The notes below the pieces were generated by a model. The model was not told the DNA's origin. It saw only the letters and a list, made by a program, of their open reading frames with translations, and did no database searches. The position numbers were made by a program, and so were the translations under genes. A stretch of 64,000 nt of DNA from Oligoflexia bacterium (lineage in GTDB: Bacteria > Bdellovibrionota > UBA1018). Positions 44,418 to 52,854 of this stretch are shown piece after piece (the first letter of the stretch is position 1; each line of letters opens with the position of its first letter). Where the stretch lies: NCBI GenBank assembly GCA_031292385.1, contig JARLHE010000040.1, positions 34,471-98,470 of the forward strand, read 5' to 3'.

Positions 44418-46769
44418 GTGAGAAACCGCCTCTGGCTCTGGCAGCTGCCGATTATCCTGCTTTGCGTTTTTGCGTATGCGGTTTGCGATCTGGGCGTTCG
44501 CGGCAAGCTTGAAAATCGGCTCCTGCGAGAACGCCTATTCCCCGGCTTGAGGTCGGTTTCAACGGTCTTTTCGGACGCGAAATTCCGAATGCGGGGGCCG
44601 GCGCCGATCAAGAATAAGATCGTGATCGTGGATGTCGACGGGGCGTCTTTGGATGCTTTGGGTCGCTGGCCTTGGCATCGCGATGTCGTCGCGGCCGTGA
44701 TCGATACGATTTTTTCGTACGGGGCCAAGGTGGTCGGCCTCGATATGGTGTTTTCGGAGCCGGACCGGCGCATTCCGGAAGAGTTGGCGAACGCGTTGCC
44801 GCCTGAAATGTTTCGAGACTTAAAGCGGAAACTCGAAACCGATTCGAAACTGACCGAAGTCATTCGTAAATACAGCGATCGCCTCGTTCTAGGATGGGCC
44901 AGCGATGGGCATTGCCAGCCTCTTTATCAGGATCCCAAAGATTGCCCGGTGAATGATCCGCAAGTGATCTCGGGCATTCAGCCGGGATTCGAGAAGTTCG
45001 CGGTTTCCCAGCAGGAGCCTCTGACTTTCGATAATCGGAAAACGCCGTTGCTGTCGTTGCTCGCTCTCCTGGCCAATCTTCCCGAGTATAGCGACGCCGC
45101 CCAGCATGCGGGCTCGTTCGATATCGTTCCCGATTCCGACGGTGTGGTGAGGCGGACGAATCTCGTTTTCGCCGCTTCTTCTCAAAGCGGCATGGCGAAA
45201 GCCTATCCGTCGCTCCCCCTGGAAATGGCCAGGGTCGGGCTCGGCGACCGGCTTGATGTTCATTTCGATTCAGGCAACCGCATCGAATCGCTGCGGTTCG
45301 CGAAATCGGGAGAAGCCCTGCCGGTTTCTCCCGTGGGCGCTTTGGAGATCAATTTTCGCGGCCCCGCCCAAAGCTTTCAGTATGTCAGCGTCGCTGAGCT
45401 TCTCGCCGAAGGAGAAAAACTGGAAAAAGACGGAACCCGGCGGCCCGCCGCGGTCTCGAAGGTCGAGTTCTTGCGGAATGCGTATGTTCTCTTCGGGGTG
45501 TCCGCTCTGGGGGTGTACGATATGCGGGCGTTTCCCTTCGATTCGAACGTCCCGGGGGTGGAAGGGCATGCGAATATTTTGGACAATATCCTGGCTCAGG
45601 ATTTCCTCACCAGCGGCAAAGGGCTTTTGAGCTCGGATTTGCTCTATTTGATCATGATTTTAGGCGGCGTCTTGTTCGCGATTTTCGTGCAGCGGTTGGA
45701 CGCGATCCCCGCGCTCGTTTTCACTTTGCTGGTCTTCGGAGGGCTCGGGACGTTCGATACGCAGTTTCTTTTCAGGCGCAATATCGATTGGAACACGAGC
45801 TTCTTTTTTCTCGAGCTCAGCTTCATTTTCATGTCCACGATCGCCGCCAAATACGTCATCGAAGAGCGGAACAAAAGGTTCGTGCGCGGCGCTTTCGCGA
45901 AGTACGTGGCTCCGGCGGTGGTTGATTCGATCCTGAAGGATCCGGCGAAGCTGACCGTGGGCGGCGAAAAGCGCGAGCTGACGATTCTGTTTTCGGACAT
46001 CCGCGGCTTTACCACCTTTTCGGAGCGCCTCGACGCCAGGGCCTTGGCCTCGTTCCTGAATGATTACCTGTCGATTCAAACCAAGATCATCTTCGGTCAC
46101 GAAGGCACGCTCGATAAATACATCGGCGATGCGATCATGGCCTTCTGGGGCGCGCCGCTCGATCAGGCGAAGCAAGCTTCGAATGCGTGCAAAGCGGCGA
46201 TCGCGATGATGCAGGCCCTGGCAGCTAACCGCAAACGATTCAAGGAACAATACGGCGTCGACGTGGATGTCGGGATCGGTCTTAATAGCGGCATGGTGAA
46301 CGTGGGCAACATGGGTTCGAACGAGAACTTTTCGTACACGGTGATCGGTGACCACGTCAATCTCGCATCGAGGCTCGAGGGGCTGACCAAGTATTACGGC
46401 GCCGGGATCGTGACCTCGCGCTTTACGCTCGATATGATCGAGAAGGAGGGCGAGCCGCTTCCTAGGTTTCGCGTGTTGGATTCGGTCAAGGTCAAAGGCC
46501 GGAAAAGCGCGGTGGAGCTGGTGCAGATTCTGGACCGGGATTACCCCGCCGACGGCCTCGCGGCGTTCGAAGAAGCGAGAAAACTCTATTTGTCCCGGGA
46601 CTGGAATGCCGCTGAAGCGGCCTTTAGGAAAGCAAATGAGTTGATTTCTTCGGCGCTCGGACTGGTTGTCGATGGGCCGTCTCAAATGTACATCGACCGA
46701 TTCAGTGAATTGAGGTCGGCGCCTCCTTCGTTCGATTGGGATGGCTCCTGGGAAATGCACAGTAAGTAA
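44418..46769 (+). CDS. CHASE2 sensor - class III adenylate/guanylate cyclase
   Basis: CHASE2 (IVIVDVDGASLDALGRWPWHRD...GLDMVFSEPD), three TM helices, and an active CHD (ILFSDIRGFT, KYIGDAIMAFWGAP, VNLASRLEGLTK). Confidence 0.8.
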   Translation: MRNRLWLWQLPIILLCVFAYAVCDLGVRGKLENRLLRERLFPGLRSVSTVFSDAKFRMRGPAPIKNKIVIVDVDGASLDALGRWPWHRDVVAAVIDTIFSYGAKVVGLDMVFSEPDRRIPEELANALPPEMFRDLKRKLETDSKLTEVIRKYSDRLVLGWASDGHCQPLYQDPKDCPVNDPQVISGIQPGFEKFAVSQQEPLTFDNRKTPLLSLLALLANLPEYSDAAQHAGSFDIVPDSDGVVRRTNLVFAASSQSGMAKAYPSLPLEMARVGLGDRLDVHFDSGNRIESLRFAKSGEALPVSPVGALEINFRGPAQSFQYVSVAELLAEGEKLEKDGTRRPAAVSKVEFLRNAYVLFGVSALGVYDMRAFPFDSNVPGVEGHANILDNILAQDFLTSGKGLLSSDLLYLIMILGGVLFAIFVQRLDAIPALVFTLLVFGGLGTFDTQFLFRRNIDWNTSFFFLELSFIFMSTIAAKYVIEERNKRFVRGAFAKYVAPAVVDSILKDPAKLTVGGEKRELTILFSDIRGFTTFSERLDARALASFLNDYLSIQTKIIFGHEGTLDKYIGDAIMAFWGAPLDQAKQASNACKAAIAMMQALAANRKRFKEQYGVDVDVGIGLNSGMVNVGNMGSNENFSYTVIGDHVNLASRLEGLTKYYGAGIVTSRFTLDMIEKEGEPLPRFRVLDSVKVKGRKSAVELVQILDRDYPADGLAAFEEARKLYLSRDWNAAEAAFRKANELISSALGLVVDGPSQMYIDRFSELRSAPPSFDWDGSWEMHSK

Positions 46770-46844
46770 TAATCAAGAATAGGGATTTGAAGGATTTGCA
46801 ATTATTCGCTGAAAAGGCGATTCTTGAAATTAGGAACCAGAAAA

Positions 46845-47612
46845 ATGCCTTCACCAACGTCTCCAGTTGAAAAGCCAGTCAGGACCGCTCTCGTTGTTGA
46901 AGATGATGCTTCTCTGCGCGAGTTGTTGATTACCATGCTGGAAACCCGCGGTTTTCGCGTCTTGGGCGCGGAGGACGGCGAGGAGGCATTGAAGATTCTC
47001 TCGCGGGATTTCACCGCCGTGAACGTCGTCATCACCGATTTCGTCATGCCCAAGATGTACGGGGACGAGCTTTTGCGGGAGATCAAGCAGCGGGCGCCCG
47101 ATTTTCCGTCTGTTTTGGTGACAGGCGAAGTTCCTGACTCGATCATTTTGGGTCTGCTGGATCAGCGCCGCACGGTGGTTGTAATTAAACCATTTGAGTG
47201 GAAGATCTTACTCGAGGCGATCGAGCGGGTTTTGTCGGACGACGTCATAGCGAGCGTCTCCACCCGCGTCGCCGTTCGACTCCCTTGCCGGATCGACGGG
47301 GGATCGCAGAAGGGCGTGAAGAGCGCGACCATTCGCGACATCTCTTTCACGGGCGCGTTGCTCGGGATCGAGCGCCTGGGTGGGGCCAATCCGGATTTTC
47401 AAGTGTCGAGCGATTTCAAGATGAGGCTTCAGGGATTCGAGAATTTCGCGATTCAAGCCCGGGTGAGGCGGTTGGTGCCCTCGAGTGACGGCGAGAGTAT
47501 CGAGGCGATCGGAGTGAGTTTCGAGCCCGATCGCTCTGATTCCGAGGCGAACCTTTTCCTGAAAAAACTCGTCTTGGGAAAAATGAAAAACATGGGCGTC
47601 GGAATCGCCTAG
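46845..47612 (+). CDS. response regulator: REC + PilZ domain
   Basis: REC (ALVVEDD...VVITDFVMP...K), then a PilZ-like C-terminus (RVAVRLPCRI...DISFTGALL). ATG 46845 sits 8 nt after AGGAA. Confidence 0.7.
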   Translation: MPSPTSPVEKPVRTALVVEDDASLRELLITMLETRGFRVLGAEDGEEALKILSRDFTAVNVVITDFVMPKMYGDELLREIKQRAPDFPSVLVTGEVPDSIILGLLDQRRTVVVIKPFEWKILLEAIERVLSDDVIASVSTRVAVRLPCRIDGGSQKGVKSATIRDISFTGALLGIERLGGANPDFQVSSDFKMRLQGFENFAIQARVRRLVPSSDGESIEAIGVSFEPDRSDSEANLFLKKLVLGKMKNMGVGIA

Positions 47613-47618
47613 TTAAGT

Positions 47619-47918
47619 CTAGCTCTTGGTTTCGGCTTCGGCGCGCCCGAACAGGATCTTACGGCGCTCCCGGATCAAAGTATAAATTCGCTCCAAAGTC
47701 TTATGAAGCTGATCCTGGGGGCCGTCGATCATCTCGATCTGCAGGGCCAGGATTGATAGAGGCGTCGCGAGAGAGTGCAAAAATGCGCGTTCTTCCCCGG
47801 AGAATTTCGCGGCGTACTGGGGGGCGCAGTTCCGCGCACAGACGGATTGCTTGCTTTTTCTGGGCTTTTTGGCGTCCGCGCGGGCCGCTTTTCGAGGAAC
47901 TTTCTTCTTTTTCTGCAT
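47619..47918 (-). CDS. small basic hypothetical protein with H-box-like motif
   Basis: Lys-rich N-terminus, then AFLHSLATPLSILALQIE resembling a HisKA phosphoacceptor helix. Weak support. Confidence 0.3.
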   Translation of the reverse strand: MQKKKKVPRKAARADAKKPRKSKQSVCARNCAPQYAAKFSGEERAFLHSLATPLSILALQIEMIDGPQDQLHKTLERIYTLIRERRKILFGRAEAETKS

Positions 47919-47943
47919 AGGAGCAGGCTAGAGTCTAACACGT

Positions 47944-48519
47944 ATGAGGCCTTTTCGTTCCGAAAATATCAGCAAGCCACGGGGGACTCTGCCTTTCGCT
48001 TATCCCTCGATCGAAGTGCCACTTGATGTCGAAGTCGGGTGCGGCGTCGGATGGCATCCGATCCGTTACGTGCGCGAAAATCCGAAGCGCACCCTGGTCG
48101 CGATCGAGCATACGCGGACCCGTTTTTCCCGTTTCGAGCGACGCATCGCCAGCCATGACCCGCTTCCGAATTTGCATCCGGTCCATGCCGATGCGGTGAA
48201 GTGGATCACTCATTTCTTGAGACCCGCGACGGTTGATCGATATTTTTTCCTCTATCCGAATCCTCGCCCGAAACCTTGGTATTCGATGCCGTTTTTCGCC
48301 CGCGTCGTGGAAACGTTGAAAGTTGGAGGAACGGTGACGCTCGCGACCAACGAGAGTTTTTATTATGTCGCGGCAAAAAATTATTTCACGCGGGTCTGGG
48401 GACTGGAGATAGTCTCGGATCGTTCAATCGCGCCGATTGAGAAGCCGAGAACTCACTTCGAAAAGAAATACTTGAGTCGCGGCGAGTCCTGTTTCGATCT
48501 CGTCGTGCGCAAGAGCTGA
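47944..48519 (+). CDS. trmB: tRNA (guanine46-N7)-methyltransferase
   Basis: EVGCGVGWHP (motif I) and YPNPRPK (the FPDPWPK equivalent). Confidence 0.65.
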   Translation: MRPFRSENISKPRGTLPFAYPSIEVPLDVEVGCGVGWHPIRYVRENPKRTLVAIEHTRTRFSRFERRIASHDPLPNLHPVHADAVKWITHFLRPATVDRYFFLYPNPRPKPWYSMPFFARVVETLKVGGTVTLATNESFYYVAAKNYFTRVWGLEIVSDRSIAPIEKPRTHFEKKYLSRGESCFDLVVRKS

Positions 48520-49418
48520 GTCAGCTCGGAGGCGACCCTGCGCGGTGCTTCGATCTGAGGGGAGTGTCCGGCGCCTTTGATCAATATTCCGTGCGCTTTC
48601 GGCAGTCGCTCAAGCCATGCGTCCATCGTGCGAAGGGGGAGAAGTGCGTCATTTTCTCCCCAAAAAATGTGAACTTCCGAGCGAATCAGGTGAGCTTTGT
48701 CGGTCAACTCATGTTCATCGGTCAGTGACGAAATGAATTGGCTGATATCGTCCTTCGTAAAAAACTCGGAAAGCCGGTTTGCGACCAAACGAAACCAGAA
48801 TGGCTCGGTCGCGAAAAGATGGGGCCTAATGTGTCGAAAACCGTCTTTTTTCTCCGCGAAGGCCTGCTGGTATTTGTCGCGCAGGGTTCTGCGATCCTCG
48901 GCGCACGAAAAAACTCCGGTCGGGGCGACGAGAATGAGCTTGGCGGGGCCCCGCGGCTCCAGCCGATCGGCGATTGAGAGCCCGGAAAAGTGCGGAGCCC
49001 GGGGGCGAACCCCTTGCGCGCATTCGATCGCGTACAGCGCCGAAAGATAGCCCCCAAGGGAGTGTCCCATCAGCGCTTCCGGCTTGAGGGAGTCGAGGGT
49101 GTCGAAGAGGGCGCCTTTCATGAGCTCCAGGGAATGAAACGCTCTTTTTTTCGCTAGAAACCCGCAAAAACCGGGAAAGTCGACCAAAACGAGCTCGTTA
49201 AATTCCTTATGGAGCGTCGGGGCGATGAGGGTGAGGACGGCGAGCCACGAAATCGGGCTGTCGCCCAGTCCCGGAATGAAGACTAGTCTTCGATTGTTGC
49301 CGCCTCGCGCCGCCCATCTCATTCGCCAAAGTCCCAGCTGCAGCTCGCCGGACCTGCGGGGCTCCCACGCGAAACCCGCACGCGCGAAGGGGGAAGGAGG
49401 GCGTATCGAATGTCGCAT
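48453..49418 (-). CDS. alpha/beta-hydrolase fold protein
   Basis: GHSLGG nucleophile elbow and a C-terminal GAGHSPQIE His motif. The track's ORF extension to 49994 overlaps metF and was rejected. Confidence 0.7.
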   Translation of the reverse strand: MRHSIRPPSPFARAGFAWEPRRSGELQLGLWRMRWAARGGNNRRLVFIPGLGDSPISWLAVLTLIAPTLHKEFNELVLVDFPGFCGFLAKKRAFHSLELMKGALFDTLDSLKPEALMGHSLGGYLSALYAIECAQGVRPRAPHFSGLSIADRLEPRGPAKLILVAPTGVFSCAEDRRTLRDKYQQAFAEKKDGFRHIRPHLFATEPFWFRLVANRLSEFFTKDDISQFISSLTDEHELTDKAHLIRSEVHIFWGENDALLPLRTMDAWLERLPKAHGILIKGAGHSPQIEAPRRVASELTQLLRTTRSKQDSPRLKYFFSK

Positions 49419-49460
49419 ATTCTTGATTATACCCGACTTTCTCATTAGACTCCATTCGCG

Positions 49461-50417
49461 ATGCTTCCTTACCGGATTGATCATAAATTGACTGAGGTGC
49501 TGGCCACCCAGTCGGGCTTCACGCTGTCGGCGGAGGTGATTCCCCCTCGTAACGGCTCCGAGCAGCGCATCGTCATGGATCAAATCAAAGGGCTGATTGA
49601 TTCGGGCGCGGCATTCCTGTCCGTGACCAAAGGAGCAGGCGGCTCGCTTCGGGGAGGCAGCCTGCCGATCGCGCAAGCGGTGAAAGAGCGCTTCGGGGTG
49701 CCTTGTATCGCGCATTTCACCTGTCGCGATTTGACGGCCGCTGAAGTTGAGAACTTGCTCATGGATCATCATTATTTCGGGATTCGCAATATCCTGGCTC
49801 TTCGTGGGGACCCTCCCGACGGCCAGCCGAATTGGGAGCCTCGTCCGGGCGGGCATCGCTTTGCCTATGAGCTGATCGCTCAGATCCGGGAACTGAATCA
49901 AGGAAGGTATTTGCAGCGAGCGAACGGGCCGGCGGCCGAAGGCTCGATCGAGCGCACCGATTTCTGTATCGGGGCGGCGGTTTACCCGGAACATCCCAAT
50001 GAAGGGGAGAGGATCGAGTTTTTTAAGCGCAAAGTCGAAGCGGGGGCCGAGTACGGCATTACCGATATGCTCTTCGAACCCGAAAGCTACGCGCGTTTTT
50101 TGGATCTTTGCGGAAAGCAGGGCCTGGCGAAAATTCCGATTTTGCCGGGAACGCGGATCCTGAAGACGCGAGCCCAGGCCGAGCGAATGGCCGCGAAGTT
50201 CCGCGTGAACGTACCGAAAAAGTTGCTGGCGAGCCTTTCCGAAAGGGACGGCCCGGACGCCTTGGAGCGTGGGATCGATCTTTTTATCGGGCTAGTCGAG
50301 AAGCTCCGTTCTTACGGGGCGCCCGGAATCCACCTTTTTGTGATCGTGGACCAGCTTGCAGCCTCCACGGCTCTGGCGCGATTGCGATCAATGGGTTATG
50401 GAAGTAAGCCAGTCTAA
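49461..50417 (+). CDS. metF: 5,10-methylenetetrahydrofolate reductase
   Basis: FSAEVIPPRNG...CIAHFTCRD...ILALRGDPP blocks conserved in MTHFR. Confidence 0.85.
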   Translation: MLPYRIDHKLTEVLATQSGFTLSAEVIPPRNGSEQRIVMDQIKGLIDSGAAFLSVTKGAGGSLRGGSLPIAQAVKERFGVPCIAHFTCRDLTAAEVENLLMDHHYFGIRNILALRGDPPDGQPNWEPRPGGHRFAYELIAQIRELNQGRYLQRANGPAAEGSIERTDFCIGAAVYPEHPNEGERIEFFKRKVEAGAEYGITDMLFEPESYARFLDLCGKQGLAKIPILPGTRILKTRAQAERMAAKFRVNVPKKLLASLSERDGPDALERGIDLFIGLVEKLRSYGAPGIHLFVIVDQLAASTALARLRSMGYGSKPV

Positions 50418-50444
50418 AGTCTTCAAGCTGCTCATAGTATGTGT

Positions 50445-50533
50445 GCCGGGGTGGCGAAATTGGTAGACGCACAGGACTTAAAATCCTGAGTTCCGCAAGG
50501 GGCGTACCGGTTCGATTCCGGTCCTCGGCACCA
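50445..50533 (+). tRNA. tRNA-Leu (anticodon TAA), CCA encoded
   Basis: GCCGGGG-TG-GCGAAATTGGTAGACGC-ACAGGA CTTAAAA TCCTG-long variable arm-T arm-CCTCGGC-A-CCA. Type II tRNA with anticodon UAA. Confidence 0.85.
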
Positions 50534-51018
50534 AATTCAAAGGTAGGCCGTACCTTTTGGTTGAGACCTGCGTCATTCTCCATTCCGCGGGAATCGTCGG
50601 CTCGTCGGATGCGCGCAGGAGCTGGAAAAGGCATACCCCCAATTGGTGCAGATCGGGTCAGACGGGCTGAAGTCGGTGAACTATTTGCATTTGCTGGCGC
50701 CTCTCGTTGGTGAGTTCAATACGGTTGCCGCGAAGATTGCCGCTCTGTCGATGAAATCCGAAGAGTAAGACCGAACGCTGGCAAATCTCTCCCTCGAGAG
50801 CGACAAGAACCGCATTGAGACTCTCGAAAGCAAGATTACGCGAATTCAGAGTTACCTCTGCAACAAAGACGTGAAATCCCAGCTTTGTCAGTGATAGAAA
50901 AAGAAAATTATAAACAATATCGAGTGGTTGTAACGTTTTTAATCAAAAATATGGGTTCGTATTTGGATCAATATATTTCTATTGTCAGACTAAAATAATC
51001 AGGTATCATTAAGTTATT

Positions 51019-51052
51019 GGGGTCGTCATTTCTGTTTAGGGGGCATACGTTT
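51019..51052 (+). promoter_or_regulatory. conserved 5' leader shared by the two paralogous lipoprotein genes (copy 1)
   Basis: gggtcgtcatttctgtttagggggcatacgtttATG versus gggtcgtcatttcttggttttagggggcgtgcgatATG at 52819. Confidence 0.35.
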
Positions 51053-52723
51053 ATGGGGGAATCCATTACTCGCTTTTTCAAGGGCACCGGTCCCATCGCG
51101 GCATTGGCTTTAGTGCTAGCGACGGGGTGTAGCCAGAAATATTCCGTTGCTTTGACGGGTAATCCCAACAATTTGGCCGCAGCCAATGGAGCGAATGGGA
51201 GTGGAAACTCGACCGGCTCGACCGGTGGGACTACGGATCCGCTTCCGTCTTCTTCGCCGGGATCTACCGGCGGTACAGTTGATCCGCTTCCTCCTGCCTC
51301 CCCATCTCCATCCCCGACTCCTTCGCCTTCGCCCACGGCCTCAGCCTCGCCTGCGCCAGGAGGAACCTCGGTTACGATTCAGCGTCTGGAGCCGGCTCTT
51401 GCTGTTCGTGGCCCCGGATGCGTGGCTTGTCACGCGAACGTGCAAGCGGGCGTAGTTACCGATTTCGGTTACGGGAATTCCTGGTTCGTCGAAAAGGAAA
51501 CCACGAACTACACGTACACCTCGGCCAACAGTCTCTTCACGAGCTCTTATTACACTCCTTATACGTTGCAAACTCTTCAGAGCGTCACCGGGCAGTTCAT
51601 GGTTCCGGCGGGAAATATTCCTGCGGCGCTTTCGACCGCGATGGACAGCTCTGCGGCTTCGCCGATGACAATTGCCAATATGATGCAAGATACTAATGTC
51701 GTTGTGAGCTCGACCCCGTTGTCCTGGATGCAGTATCTCGGCATTACATCCTCATCTCCGGCACACTACGCCCTTGATACCAATGTCAAACCGACTCCGG
51801 TCAATAGTGTGACTCCTCCTCCGGTGTCGGAAGAGCAGACCATCTATATCGGGGCTCCGAGTTCGAGTTATATCTTGAATCTCGCTCAAAACCCTGGAGC
51901 TGCGGCTCCCTTTGTTCAACAGGCCAGAGGGACGACTGGGGCGGTCAGTGGGCTTGGGGTCGTGCATGGCGCGGGGGGCAGTCAGTTCGTGATGAATACG
52001 GGCACCGTTCAGTGTTCGGGCCTCGATGTCGTCATCAACGGCACGCTGCTCTTGAATAATCTCAATATCCTGGCCGAGAAGGGCGGTTGCCGTCTCTATG
52101 TGACGGGCTCGGTCTTCATCGAGGGGCCGATTAATTATCTGAACTCAGGGTCGAGTGTCGATCCGACGGATAATCTCCAGATCACGAGCGCGACCTCGAT
52201 CATCATGGGGGTTGGCTTGAGCGGTAATTCCTATCTGTCGAACGGGGTGCTCGACGGCCCCACCACGGGTTCTTACGTGAATAATCCGTTGCATCTTCGA
52301 CTCCTCGACGATGCCCGCTACCCGCTCTTCCGTATCGCTCCGACGAATGCTGCCTATTACACGTGGGCAAGCGGAGTCTATAACGAAGGGGCGAATATCG
52401 GCGCGTCTTACCTTGTCGATGCCTCGGTTACCTCGGGAGCGGCTTCGGTCAGTACGTCGGGACAGTCCCGGACGTCGATCAGCTACCAGCATCTGCTTTT
52501 GAATGCGCCAGCCGTGCATAGCCGCTACCTCGGCTCTTTCACGGGGGTGATCATTTCGGAAGTCGCGCTGATGTCGCTGGGTCAGTTCAACTTCAACTAC
52601 GACATGGTGTTCAGCAACCTCAGCGTGCCGATTTTGCCTTCGCTCAACGCGGACGTTCTCTGCGTGACGAGCCTGAGTTTGACCGGCGGTTGCAATCCGG
52701 TGATGGCGCCTACGTCGAACTAG
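51053..52723 (+). CDS. large secreted lipoprotein, paralog A, single CxxCH motif
   Basis: Lipobox LATGC, a G/S/T/P-rich linker with TGGTxDPLP repeats, RGPGCVACHANVQ, and conserved Cys throughout. About 65-70% identical to the next gene. Confidence 0.55.
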   Translation: MGESITRFFKGTGPIAALALVLATGCSQKYSVALTGNPNNLAAANGANGSGNSTGSTGGTTDPLPSSSPGSTGGTVDPLPPASPSPSPTPSPSPTASASPAPGGTSVTIQRLEPALAVRGPGCVACHANVQAGVVTDFGYGNSWFVEKETTNYTYTSANSLFTSSYYTPYTLQTLQSVTGQFMVPAGNIPAALSTAMDSSAASPMTIANMMQDTNVVVSSTPLSWMQYLGITSSSPAHYALDTNVKPTPVNSVTPPPVSEEQTIYIGAPSSSYILNLAQNPGAAAPFVQQARGTTGAVSGLGVVHGAGGSQFVMNTGTVQCSGLDVVINGTLLLNNLNILAEKGGCRLYVTGSVFIEGPINYLNSGSSVDPTDNLQITSATSIIMGVGLSGNSYLSNGVLDGPTTGSYVNNPLHLRLLDDARYPLFRIAPTNAAYYTWASGVYNEGANIGASYLVDASVTSGAASVSTSGQSRTSISYQHLLLNAPAVHSRYLGSFTGVIISEVALMSLGQFNFNYDMVFSNLSVPILPSLNADVLCVTSLSLTGGCNPVMAPTSN

Positions 52724-52818
52724 GAGTTCGGGTTGGCGGTGTTTGAATGACGGCTTTCGCATGAAGGTCGTGCTGGCCCCACCGGATCAAAACGGTGGGG
52801 CCAGCCTCTCGATAGAGC

Positions 52819-52854
52819 AGGGTCGTCATTTCTTGGTTTTAGGGGGCGTGCGAT
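52819..52854 (+). promoter_or_regulatory. conserved 5' leader (copy 2)
   Basis: See the feature at 51019. Confidence 0.35.

Noticed and set aside
45660-46760. 366-aa minus-strand ORF antisense to the CHASE2-cyclase gene
   Set aside because: The sense strand encodes intact CHASE2 and CHD motifs. The antisense frame has Arg/His-rich low-complexity translation typical of high-GC shadow ORFs.
49419-49994. N-terminal 190-aa extension of the alpha/beta-hydrolase ORF
   Set aside because: It overlaps metF on the opposite strand. The hydrolase fold begins after the Met at 49418, and the extension has no conserved features.
50441-50713. 90-aa ORF overlapping tRNA-Leu
   Set aside because: Its sequence is the tRNA gene itself and an AT-rich spacer.
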